DNA of 49,440 nt from Chthoniobacteraceae bacterium (GCA_037190965.1 JBBCKI010000053.1:1-49440); one strand, 5' to 3'. Shown: positions 1-9,193, counted from the stretch's first letter. Numbers and translations are program-made. Notes: generated from the sequence alone by a model not told the origin.

Positions 1-1
1 G

Positions 2-149
2 AGACTGTGTGAAAACTCCAAGTATGCTCGATTCTGAAAAACTCCGACGCTCATATTTGCCCTACACGGCCTGTTTCGAAGGAGGGCAATGATTTATCAT
101 TCCCAAAAATCGAGCATTTTACGACGAAATTAGAGTTTTCATACAGTCT
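2..149. mobile_element. MITE-like element with 17-bp terminal inverted repeats (IS1182/IS5-like ends, tentative)
   Basis: agactgtgtgaaaactc (2-18) matches the reverse complement of gagttttcatacagtct (133-149) at 16/17. A second inner inverted pair is atgctcgatt / aatcgagcat. No ORF inside. Confidence 0.7.
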
Positions 150-184
150 GAGAGTTTGGGAACGAGGAAGGCGCATATTGGCGT

Positions 185-715
185 TCAATCAATGGCATCC
201 TTGATGGCATCCCCGGTCTTCTCGGCAGCCCGTTTGATCGCGTTGCCTGTGTCCTTTGCGGCGTCTTCAACTTTGTCGGCGGCATGTTTCACGCCGTCCT
301 CGATCTTCTGCGCGCCGCTGCGGCCGTCTCCCTGGGGTACGGTGGAAACCGCCTTGGCCTTTGCAAAGCGGAGCTTTTCGGCATCGCGATAGTCCATCAG
401 ATTCCTGGCTTTGACGCTCGCGTCGGCGCGGTCGGAGCCGGTGGTCTTATCGATGCGCTCTTGAAGCTCTGCGATTTCCCCGGCCAGATCCGCAAATGCC
501 TTTTCAACATCGGCTTCGTGAACGGGGCTCGGGTCTCTTTCATACGAGTCGATTGCCCTTCCTAGCCGTGACGTTTCCAAGGTCTTCGTGGCCGAAATGG
601 GTTGGGATAGGCTGACAGAGGTCAGTTCGTCGGATGCTCTTGTCGTGGGTTTGCGATCACAGGCGGTCAAAACCAGCGCTGTGACGAGGAAAGTAAGAAT
701 AGCTGTTGGTTTCAT
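185..715 (-). CDS. Lipoprotein with helical body and LEA-like C-terminal repeats
   Basis: ATG at 715 gives MKPTAILTFLVTALVLTAC (lipobox). C-terminus has ~11-residue amphipathic repeats (KIEDGVKHAADKVEDAAKDTGNAIKRAAEKTGDAIKD). Confidence 0.75.
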   Translation of the reverse strand: MKPTAILTFLVTALVLTACDRKPTTRASDELTSVSLSQPISATKTLETSRLGRAIDSYERDPSPVHEADVEKAFADLAGEIAELQERIDKTTGSDRADASVKARNLMDYRDAEKLRFAKAKAVSTVPQGDGRSGAQKIEDGVKHAADKVEDAAKDTGNAIKRAAEKTGDAIKDAID

Positions 716-1006
716 AGTATTCCTTTGATTGTGGATTTGAACTAATGAGGAAAGGATCTGGGCCTGCATGGCGAAATGTAGGGATTCGCCACAAGCCGAA
801 GCGCGAGATTTCCGTCGCGGAAACCCGTCTTGGCGGCTCTTCGGCCCGACGAAGTGAACGGAAGTGACAGGGATTTAAATAAAGGTGCGGTCATAAGGGG
901 TTTAACCCTGAAACGCCTCAAGTATTATATCAGAGTGGGTAATATTTCCGAAAGAACCGGGGAAACGATTCTCTGCGCCTGCTGGAAACGCCCAGTCCAG
1001 CCCTTG

Positions 1007-1951
1007 TTACCTTGGGAAATATGCCATCCACCACGCCAAACACGGCAGAATAAGCGCCAGCAACGCGAGCCCCTTCTGTACCCCCGGGGAAGTTTTCTGC
1101 GGCAACCGCCCCCAAGCCAGCAGGGCGCCGATACCCCCGCCTGCCACCATCCCGAAAAGATGCGCCGTCAGGTCCACCCGGCTATCCTCGGTGCCCGAAC
1201 CGGTGCCAAGATAGGCCAATAACGCCAGACCGGCTGCAACAGGAATCGCCAACTCGCGCAGACGCAGCTTGCGAGTGCCCTTGCTGCTTTTGAGCAACGC
1301 GAAAACCTGCCACCCAACCAACATTCCCAGCGCGCCAAAAACGGCGGTGGACGCGCCGATGGAGCTGTGCGCGCCGCCGCGAAAACCCCAGGCATTGATC
1401 GCATTGCCGAGCGCACCGCTCAGGACAAACCCGAGCCATGTCCACCCGCTTCCCAGCCACGGCAACAAGGCCCCGGCAAAGAGCAACCCCACGCCGATAT
1501 TGGCCACCAGATGGCCGCCGTCGGCATGAAGCGTAAGAGCGGTGATGACGCGCCACCACTCCCCTTGCAGGATTGCCGTGGAATCAGCCGCGCCGCGCGC
1601 AGTCCACCCGGCGGGAGCTTCGGCCTGGACGAAGAAAAAACCGGCCATCGCCCAGATATAAATGAACAACGAAAAAAACGAGGCGCGTTGTCTCGGCGGC
1701 AAAAGGGTAGGCTCGCCTCGCAGGGCGTCCTCCCGCTCGGCGCGCCGTTCGGCTTCATAGTCCTGCAACTCCCGGAACGCCGTCTCGGCGTCCTCCGCTT
1801 TCACCAAAAGCAGATAGAGCCCCTCATCGGGAAGGATCCAGTACCGCAGCCCCTTTGCCAGGAGAACGAGGGAACGGTCTTCGGCTTGGTCCCGCCTCAG
1901 ATAGCGGCCAACCTCCCGTTTTTCCGTTCCTTCGCCGGGCCAGGAGTTCAT
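1007..1951 (-). CDS. Rhomboid-family intramembrane serine protease
   Basis: WWR..TA..LH, HLVAN, GAS(T) catalytic Ser and AHLFG catalytic His; multiple TM helices; ATGA overlap with the upstream rsmA stop. Confidence 0.92.
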   Translation of the reverse strand: MNSWPGEGTEKREVGRYLRRDQAEDRSLVLLAKGLRYWILPDEGLYLLLVKAEDAETAFRELQDYEAERRAEREDALRGEPTLLPPRQRASFFSLFIYIWAMAGFFFVQAEAPAGWTARGAADSTAILQGEWWRVITALTLHADGGHLVANIGVGLLFAGALLPWLGSGWTWLGFVLSGALGNAINAWGFRGGAHSSIGASTAVFGALGMLVGWQVFALLKSSKGTRKLRLRELAIPVAAGLALLAYLGTGSGTEDSRVDLTAHLFGMVAGGGIGALLAWGRLPQKTSPGVQKGLALLALILPCLAWWMAYFPR

Positions 1952-3303
1952 TCTTTCAAGGCCCGCCAGCGGCTAAAACACTCCAGGAAACCGTTGGCGA
2001 AATCGTGAGGCCGGGCGGCGATCCATGATTCCAGAATCGGAATGGGAAAGAACGCGCCGGTTTCGATCTCGGCGCGCGGCCAGGTGAACGGCCCCGGGTG
2101 CTCCGCTTTGTAGAGCCTGACAAACTCATGCCCGGTGGCGCGGGAGGCCGGGATTTCGGCGATCAACTCCAGCGGAGCCTCGACCCCCAGTTCCTCCCGC
2201 AATTCCCGTGAGGCGGCTTCATCGTAATCCTGCCCGGCGTTCAGGTGCCCCGCGGCGCTGGAATCCCAGCGGCCCGGGTGCGCGTCCTTCCACCGGGAAC
2301 GTTTTTGGATAAACAGCTCTCCCTTGCGATTGAACACGAAGATGTGAATGGCGCGGTGATTGAGGCGCTCGGTGTGAACCTCATGGCGGCTGGCCTGCCG
2401 GATGACGCGGTTCTCGTCGTCCACAACGTCAAACTGCTCGCCATGAACATCCTGCGCCGTCGTCTCGTGAATGCCGGGATGGGTCATATTCTCGACAAAG
2501 CGCGTCAGGGCGATCCACTGCCCCAGCGAGAGCGCCTCGCCGCGCACCGTCTCCTCCACGCCCAGGCTGGCGCAGAGCGCGGGCCAGTCGAGGTGATGCG
2601 AGGCGAGCATTTTGCGCAGCATCTTGCGGCGCTGGGAGAAGCCTTCCTTGACGAGCTGATTGAAGAGCCGCCCGTCGCAATCGGGGTATTCGTCGGGATC
2701 CCGCGGCGACAGCACAATCACGCCGCTTTCCACATTCGGCGCGGGAAGAAAGACGCTCCCCGGCAGCGTTCGCACATACTCGACCTTCCAGCGGCGGCCG
2801 ACGATGAGGGTCAACGCACCGTATTCCTTCGACGATGGGGAAGCCGAAAGCCGCTCGGCCATTTCCTTCTGGAGTGTAAAGACCATCCGCGCGACCGGCG
2901 AGGGATCGGCGGTGAAGCGGAGCAGCACCTGGCTGGAAACGTAATAGGGAAGGTTCCCGAGGACCTTGGCGGGGCCGCGCGCAAAGAGCCGGCGCGTGTC
3001 GAACTCCAGCGCGTCCATATGGAGCACCTCCAGCCCTTCCCTTCCATGGAACCGCCGGGAGAGAAAATCGGCCAGCCGTCCATCCTTCTCCACGAGCGTT
3101 GCCGGTCCGCACTTCCCGAGGGCAAACTCGGTCAACGCGCCTAGCCCCGGGCCGACTTCGACCAGATGGTCATCGGGCTGAAGTTGAAGTTGATCCACAA
3201 TCCAGCGCGCGACCTCCTCGTCATGCAGAAAATTCTGCCCGAGGCTCTTCGTGGGCCGGGTGCCCAGATCGGACAAGGTATTTTGGAGAGTGGATCGATT
3301 CAT
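1948..3303 (-). CDS. rsmA: 16S rRNA m6(2)A dimethyltransferase RsmA/KsgA fused to a C-terminal Nudix (IDI-1/YfcD-like) domain
   Basis: KSLGQNFL, EVGPGLGALT, GNLPYY, F.QRRKML. After ~aa 285: DVVD..., HRAIHIFVFN and Nudix box GHLNAGQDYDEAASRELREELGV. Confidence 0.93.
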   Translation of the reverse strand: MNRSTLQNTLSDLGTRPTKSLGQNFLHDEEVARWIVDQLQLQPDDHLVEVGPGLGALTEFALGKCGPATLVEKDGRLADFLSRRFHGREGLEVLHMDALEFDTRRLFARGPAKVLGNLPYYVSSQVLLRFTADPSPVARMVFTLQKEMAERLSASPSSKEYGALTLIVGRRWKVEYVRTLPGSVFLPAPNVESGVIVLSPRDPDEYPDCDGRLFNQLVKEGFSQRRKMLRKMLASHHLDWPALCASLGVEETVRGEALSLGQWIALTRFVENMTHPGIHETTAQDVHGEQFDVVDDENRVIRQASRHEVHTERLNHRAIHIFVFNRKGELFIQKRSRWKDAHPGRWDSSAAGHLNAGQDYDEAASRELREELGVEAPLELIAEIPASRATGHEFVRLYKAEHPGPFTWPRAEIETGAFFPIPILESWIAARPHDFANGFLECFSRWRALKE

Positions 3304-3322
3304 GAAAGAAAGTGGGCGGAGC

Positions 3323-3646
3323 TTACTTTACCAAACGGGCCGCTTTGCCTTCCATGGTAACGGAAAGCCCGACCTCGCGGAGCTGCGGTTTGCTTGCGGG
3401 CAAAGCGCGCGACCAGGTGACCTCCCACTTCTGTTTATCGGAGAACATCGCCGGTTTTGTCAGCACAATGCTCCTGATGAAAACATCCGGCTCATTCCGC
3501 TCGGCGAGCACCTTGTTGGCAATGGCCAGCACCTTCTCGATCGGAAACGCGGGTGCCGTTTCCGCTTGAGCCAGCGGTGCGCAGAAGCCAAGGGCCGAAA
3601 CCGCAAGAAGCCTGATCGCCGATCCTGAAAGTATGTTCATTTGCAT
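3323..3646 (-). CDS. Small exported hypothetical protein (possibly PepSY-like fold)
   Basis: Signal peptide ending AQA|E; 20 bp upstream of rsmA on the same strand. Confidence 0.65.
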   Translation of the reverse strand: MQMNILSGSAIRLLAVSALGFCAPLAQAETAPAFPIEKVLAIANKVLAERNEPDVFIRSIVLTKPAMFSDKQKWEVTWSRALPASKPQLREVGLSVTMEGKAARLVK

Positions 3647-3883
3647 CCCGTCACGGCTAGCCGCCCCCGGCGCGGATGTAAACCCTGAAAGAACGAGGGA
3701 TCGCCATCAAGGTGCAGGACGGGAAAGTTACCGATCCTGAAATGAGGAGGCTTGTGCCATATTGAGGCAGGTTTGAGGCTATCAGCAGCGCATGCGCTGC
3801 CTTGATACGCCTTTCTCCTTCGTGGCGCACCCGCAGCGAGCCAGGTTTACCTGAATAGATCGCCTATTATTTCAGAGGCAGTC

Positions 3884-4462
3884 TTACTTTTCCTTCGCCG
3901 TACGGATCGATTCTATCTCGAGGAGCAGCGGAGCGAGGACCCTATCAAAGTCGCTCAGCGATTCAGAGGTAAAATCCTCAGGTCGCGTATATCTCCCAGC
4001 CAACTCTTCAAGCTGGGATTTGTACTTACTCCAAAGGTGAACACAATCCTCAACAGACAACACACTGATAACATCGAGAGCATCCGGATTCAGATCAATG
4101 AGCCTTTGAATCTCCGCTTCATTTAAGCTTGAGGCCTTTGCTTTGACAGCTCTATCTTGAAGCCCTTTTCGAAGCATAAGGATATGATGCAATTGATTCC
4201 AACCTTGTTTCCTCAACGCTTGCTCCTTTAGTTTCCTCTCCTGCTTCTCCTTTATAAACACCTCTTGTTCAGAGCGAACTCTGGCGCGAATGGCCTTCCA
4301 CAATTCGGGCGAGATACTTGAGTGATCCAGCCTCTTGGATTCTTCATAGGAAAGCTTATCAAAGTCTTCCAATGTTTCAACACGAATCTTATCTTGCGCC
4401 TCCGATCCACTAGATAACATACCGATCAAGATTAAAAACAATATCAATGATTTATTATTCAT
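3884..4462 (-). CDS. Exported, mostly helical hypothetical protein (candidate immunity/partner)
   Basis: 192-aa ORF in AT-rich DNA; signal peptide MNNKSLILFLILIGMLSSGSEA; 12 bp downstream of the Ig-domain gene. Confidence 0.7.
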   Translation of the reverse strand: MNNKSLILFLILIGMLSSGSEAQDKIRVETLEDFDKLSYEESKRLDHSSISPELWKAIRARVRSEQEVFIKEKQERKLKEQALRKQGWNQLHHILMLRKGLQDRAVKAKASSLNEAEIQRLIDLNPDALDVISVLSVEDCVHLWSKYKSQLEELAGRYTRPEDFTSESLSDFDRVLAPLLLEIESIRTAKEK

Positions 4463-4474
4463 ATACTATCAAAT

Positions 4475-5713
4475 TTAACGACGAAGGAACACTGCCGCAT
4501 AACTATTCGCATCACCTTTTGTCACCGCCCATCCAAAATTAACACGGTTCATGGCCGTTTCTCCCGTCAGAATCGGAAGCTCAGAATCGACTGTCCCTAA
4601 TACAGTCGCGTTGTGAGCCGGACTAGATGATGTATTTTGCTGATCCAGAACCAGCGCATTATTCGAGTCGCGGCCCAACGTGTTTTTATAAGAAAACACT
4701 CCAATTAGCTCCGTTTTCCAGGGAGACCCTGACTTCTGCGTCATAAAATAAAATTTAAATTCACACTCCTCACTATAGCTCGTTATCTTATCGATCTCGT
4801 TGTTAAAAAGAGGAAAGGTCGGCGTATCTGTATCAACAAAGTACATTGAGTTGTCAGATGGATCATGTCCGAGAGACCCATTCATGTCGATGACATCTGA
4901 AGGCGGCGGAGATTGCCTATTTCCTTGAAACATATCCCGAAGACGACCCGGCGCTATGCATTGACTCTGACTGCCATCTGCATAGTCTATAGTCATCACA
5001 CAACTGGACATATTTTGAAATTTCCCATAACTATGAAAACATGGAGGGTGGCGAAATTTCACCTTCATATCCATTTGGGGAGACGTAACCCACCCGCCTG
5101 CGTATATGGCTTTTTGAGCGCACTTAATCAGTAGTAATTTATGAACCATCTTGCATACGACTGCAACTGGAGCGACTGTCCCCTCTACGCCACCAACCGA
5201 TGCGACTACTTTTGTTGATCCCTCTGCCATTCCCGTTACAGACAGATTCGGAGCATTTCCTCCGACTGACGCCACGGCTGAATCCTTCGAACTAAAACTA
5301 ACTGAACCGTCCATTCCCTCTGGCTTAACCGTTGCCGTGAGGGATTCAATGCCACCTATGCCGACTTCTAGTGAACCAGGACTGAAGCTCACGGAGTACA
5401 CATTCACTGTGGCCCCCCCGGTGCTTTCACCGCATTTGTCTTTCACTTTTAGATCGCATTGCATTTCACCTGCCTTATTAAATGTCGCTTTTCCTACTTC
5501 TGCGTTCGGATTCTCGATGGATACGCCGTCGGGCACCGTCCATTCGTATGTCACAGGCCCATCCTGGCCAATAACAGTTGGAGTTAAATCGACTTGTTTT
5601 CCTTTCCATATATCAGTCTCGCTAGCAGCAACAGAGACCGAGATACCCGCTACGGCACTGGAAGCAGCAAAGACCGATGCGGCACAAATTAAAGCAATAT
5701 AATTGTTTTTCAT
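4475..5713 (-). CDS. Secreted PKD + Ig-like (Big_2) protein with uncharacterised C-terminal domain
   Basis: Signal peptide (..SSAVA|G); PKD-like VTYEW..PDG..F.KAG...LKVKD; Big_2-like LTATVKP..VSFSSKDSAVASV..VTGMAEGST; Cys-containing unknown C-terminal ~225 aa. Confidence 0.75.
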   Translation of the reverse strand: MKNNYIALICAASVFAASSAVAGISVSVAASETDIWKGKQVDLTPTVIGQDGPVTYEWTVPDGVSIENPNAEVGKATFNKAGEMQCDLKVKDKCGESTGGATVNVYSVSFSPGSLEVGIGGIESLTATVKPEGMDGSVSFSSKDSAVASVGGNAPNLSVTGMAEGSTKVVASVGGVEGTVAPVAVVCKMVHKLLLIKCAQKAIYAGGWVTSPQMDMKVKFRHPPCFHSYGKFQNMSSCVMTIDYADGSQSQCIAPGRLRDMFQGNRQSPPPSDVIDMNGSLGHDPSDNSMYFVDTDTPTFPLFNNEIDKITSYSEECEFKFYFMTQKSGSPWKTELIGVFSYKNTLGRDSNNALVLDQQNTSSSPAHNATVLGTVDSELPILTGETAMNRVNFGWAVTKGDANSYAAVFLRR

Positions 5714-5890
5714 TTCAAACAACCTTTTTCAAGATTTAGAACGGCAAAGAGTGAAGCGATTTATCAACAACAGAAGAGAGATTTGGTAAAAAAAATCGCC
5801 CCCAATCAGGTGTCGCGTCAGCATCAGTAGATACCTCTTTGACCACATCCTTGAGCGAAACAAGCTTTCCTTCAGTGCTATATATGCCCC

Positions 5891-7447
5891 TTAAATGCAT
5901 TCCGGTTCTTTTATCGGATACTTCTCGCGCGGAAAGGCGTCCATGAAGGCATCCCGAACCAAGGCATTTGAGGAAAAATTATAAACGTAATCCACAATAT
6001 TCCCAGTAGAGTCAATTTTCCGGAGCAGTTTATTTGCACTATCGTAATACTCAATACCACCCTTTCCTTCATCGATTACAACCTTCCGACATCCGATTGA
6101 GTCAATCTGGATTGTGCGTTTCCGCCCATTAGCGAGCTTTATTTTGATAGACCTCCCCCCTTCAGATCCCTCAACAACTTCTGACTCAAATCCGGATCTA
6201 TATTTTCGATTTGCAGTTCTCCCGTTGAGGCTGCGATGCTCAGACCAGAGCTCAATTCCGTTTTCCATAGCTCGCACAATAGTTTCTCCATTTTCTACCT
6301 GCGTTATGTAAGTTGTAATATTTCCATCCTTATCGACCTCCCGAATCAGATGTCCATTTTCATCGTAAAACGCCTTGTAAATCGACTTTACTGTTCCATC
6401 TCGAGTTTCTTCCATTTGACGCACCAACCCCGCTAAAATCCCGCTTGAGAAGCGATAGGTGACCTTCTTTGTAGCATTCACCTGGATCGTTTCGATTCCC
6501 TTTGCACTATCATTATGCCAGAATTCGCTTTGACCATTAGCCTTTGTGCGTTTAATGGCGGCCGAGTCAAATGGAGAAACCTCTTTATCAATTTCGTACC
6601 TCCACGCATCATCCCGAATGATCTTTTTGCTTGAGGCATCCCATACTACAAGTCGGTTCCCCTTTCTCAACGTCGGATTCAGATTCTCATCAACCGCATA
6701 GTTAATGATAGAAATCATCTCTGGCGCTGTAGTTATCTTGCTCAAACTGAGGTCCATCCCGCTCACCAGTTTTTGGTGATTTACTATCTGAACCCTCGGT
6801 CGTTTGGTTCGCTCGATCCAAATTCTGCGGCTATCGTTCAGCCAAAAGCCTTTGACTGCTCCAGTGATGGTATCCTCTTCAACTCGGAGGATTGTCCTGC
6901 CTGCTTCCCTGATTGCTGCCACGCGGCCCCTCTCATGTACAAAATCGAACCTTCGATCTTTGAGTTGCATCGAGACTAGCCATCCCTTACTAAAGGTTAG
7001 CTTACTTCCGCAATCAGCCCAAGCAGTAATAGTATCGCCTCGGATTTCCGCTTTCCACCCTCCTTGGCCCTGGAGAATATTAGGACTGTTTTTGACTCGC
7101 CAAAACAGCCGAAACCATCCATCCGGTTGGTCGAGCTTGAAAGTACCTTCATCCACTTGCACGATTCTCGCCTCCAAAAGCGGCACCGTCCACCCATAGC
7201 CTGCGTAGGGCGAGTTGTTGCCACTATTGGAGCCGAAAACAGCATAAAAAGGAAGTTTTAGGCCTCGACCGGCATCAATCTCCCCGAGATGCTCCACTAG
7301 CATAACGTGCCCCTGATAGTCAACGCCGTCAAAATGGCTTTTGGGTTCATTCCACTCTATTCCGCAGGCCATTCCTTTTTGCAGAGGGAAAGCCACTGAA
7401 AGATAGGAAATCGCCACCAGGAGCGAGCGACTAAAACGGTCCTTCAC
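5891..7447 (-). CDS. Secreted mini-RHS/YD-repeat protein (DUF6531-like N-terminus, no RHS core)
   Basis: GTG at 7447 gives a signal peptide; LKLPFYAVFGS...SPYAGYGWTVPL resembles the RHS N-terminal domain; YD repeats YDENGHLIREVDKDGNITTY and YDSANKLLRKIDSTGNIVDY. Start uncertain (ORF open to 7573). Confidence 0.7.
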   Translation of the reverse strand: MKDRFSRSLLVAISYLSVAFPLQKGMACGIEWNEPKSHFDGVDYQGHVMLVEHLGEIDAGRGLKLPFYAVFGSNSGNNSPYAGYGWTVPLLEARIVQVDEGTFKLDQPDGWFRLFWRVKNSPNILQGQGGWKAEIRGDTITAWADCGSKLTFSKGWLVSMQLKDRRFDFVHERGRVAAIREAGRTILRVEEDTITGAVKGFWLNDSRRIWIERTKRPRVQIVNHQKLVSGMDLSLSKITTAPEMISIINYAVDENLNPTLRKGNRLVVWDASSKKIIRDDAWRYEIDKEVSPFDSAAIKRTKANGQSEFWHNDSAKGIETIQVNATKKVTYRFSSGILAGLVRQMEETRDGTVKSIYKAFYDENGHLIREVDKDGNITTYITQVENGETIVRAMENGIELWSEHRSLNGRTANRKYRSGFESEVVEGSEGGRSIKIKLANGRKRTIQIDSIGCRKVVIDEGKGGIEYYDSANKLLRKIDSTGNIVDYVYNFSSNALVRDAFMDAFPREKYPIKEPECI

Positions 7448-8022
7448 CCTTGCAGATTTCAGTAGTCGAAAAAGAAACAAATGAGTTACCCCTATTATTC
7501 CAAGAAGAAAATGACTTTGCGTATCTCCAGGAGCGCTAGACGTAACTGAACAAGCCGTTGGCGCATTCTGCATAGGCTTTATTGTTTCGCCTTTTCGCTA
7601 TGCTGCATAAGTCGTTACCGTCACGACCAAAAGAAGCCCATGAATGCTGCTATCCAATCAACGTTTTCCGATTGTTCATGTCGTACAAATTCCATTTCGC
7701 TACCTTTTTTGGGGCGTTCTGTGCATTGCAATTAAGGGCCGGGAACGCTCATCGAGTCAAATTAAATTTTTAAATTTCTGATAAAATCATCTTTAATCAC
7801 CTACATGGGAAGGCATGCCTATCATCGTATCAGGCTCACCGTGAACCATATAAAACCAACGACTTAGCCAATCCCCCACCCCCCTTTAAGGCCTTTTTGG
7901 GACGAAGGGAACGAAGCTTCGCGAACCCTTAAGCGGGACCCGAGGGGGGTCCATACGTTTTCACATTTTCTTCGGACTTCAACGATCAACGGGAACGGCA
8001 AGTATCTGCAGGCTACCCTCAT

Positions 8023-9036
8023 TCAACTTCCGCTTTCAGCCTTTTTCTTCCTCCCCAGCCGAAAGCGGCGGCGCACCTCGTCCACGGGCAGCCCGTCCAC
8101 AAAATAACCGGTGGCTGCCAGCCCGATGGCGTAGGTTCCGGCGCCTGCCACCGCTCCGGAGACCGCGTTGCCCCAGCCGGGGAGCAACTTCACGGCGGCC
8201 CGGGTTCCCTCCCGCAACAGAAAGGCGGCCCCGACATTCACCCCCATGGCTCCAAGAAAATCGCGCACCGTGGCGAAGCTCCATTCCCGCCCGGAGGCGT
8301 AGATGATCCCCGCGACCATTAGCCCTTGCAACGAGGTCAGGATGGGAAGATCCGCAAGCGGAATCGGCTGCGCGCCGATGGCCGTGCAGACCGCCGCGGT
8401 GGAACGGGTCAGCGTGCGGGCGATCTCGCGCTGCACGGCCTTCTCGCCGGTCACGCGGGCAAACTCAAGCCGCGCCTCCACCGGCAATGCCCGTGCAATG
8501 GCGGCTAGCACCGCTTCGCGATCATCCCCGGGAAGGATCGCGGCGACGGCCGGTGCAAGCGCGGAATCGTCGTAAAGGATCCCAGCCAACGCCGTAGGCT
8601 CCGCCCCTGTGGCGATGATCGGGACCGCCTGTCCGTAGCGCTCCAGATCGAGACGGTGAAGCTCGCGAAGCAACTCCAGGTCGGCGGTTTCGCCGGAAGT
8701 CAGGATCAGGCAATCCGGGGCGGCTTCCGCGATGGCGGTCCGGGCCGCCTTGCCCGTTTTCCGAGCCAGGATAAAATGCACGACACCCCGCCGGTGAGCC
8801 GTATGCCACCTGGAATTCTGCTCGATCTCCGCGTCGCCCGGGAGCAACTGGCGAAGGACCACCTCCGCATCGCTGCCGACCAGCAATAAACGCGGGGCGC
8901 GCCGATGCAGGAATAATTCCTTGAGCGGCTGCCACTCGCGCTCGACGGGGGTACGAATCGGGCCGGGGAGTCGCCCCAGCAATTTCTCGAAGCGGTCGGC
9001 CATCTGGGAAAGCGTCATCATGGGGTCTTTTCCCAC
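8023..9036 (-). CDS. DUF697/YcjF-like protein with degenerate GTPase-like N-terminus
   Basis: C-terminal AIGAQPIPLADLPILTSLQ..MV..I...SG and PGWGNAVSGAVAGAGTYAIG, typical of DUF697. Confidence 0.7.
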   Translation of the reverse strand: MGKDPMMTLSQMADRFEKLLGRLPGPIRTPVEREWQPLKELFLHRRAPRLLLVGSDAEVVLRQLLPGDAEIEQNSRWHTAHRRGVVHFILARKTGKAARTAIAEAAPDCLILTSGETADLELLRELHRLDLERYGQAVPIIATGAEPTALAGILYDDSALAPAVAAILPGDDREAVLAAIARALPVEARLEFARVTGEKAVQREIARTLTRSTAAVCTAIGAQPIPLADLPILTSLQGLMVAGIIYASGREWSFATVRDFLGAMGVNVGAAFLLREGTRAAVKLLPGWGNAVSGAVAGAGTYAIGLAATGYFVDGLPVDEVRRRFRLGRKKKAESGS

Positions 9037-9084
9037 TATACCCCAGATGGCGGTCGCGCCTCGTTTTTTTTCGCCCCAAGGTTA

Positions 9085-9182
9085 AACCCGAGAACCGATG
9101 TCGGAGCGGATGAGCTGGCGCAAGAGACATCGCGGCCAGCAAATTGCGTCAGATCGGCGCGATCAACTTCGGTCTTCGGGTT
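9085..9182. mobile_element. Small MITE-like element with imperfect 17-bp inverted ends
   Basis: aacccgagaaccgatgt (9085-9101) matches the reverse complement of acttcggtcttcgggtt (9166-9182) at 14/17. Internal 18-mer recurs at 19718-19735. Confidence 0.5.
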
Positions 9183-9193
9183 AAAGTCACTGT

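Noticed and set aside
3785..3800. Perfect 16-bp palindrome gcagcgcatgcgctgc near the island's left edge
   Set aside because: Single copy, no U tract and no matching site at the other edge; no function can be supported.
7582..7773. 63-aa ORF in the AT-rich intergenic region
   Set aside because: TTG start, no motif, and it lies in the probable promoter region of the island.
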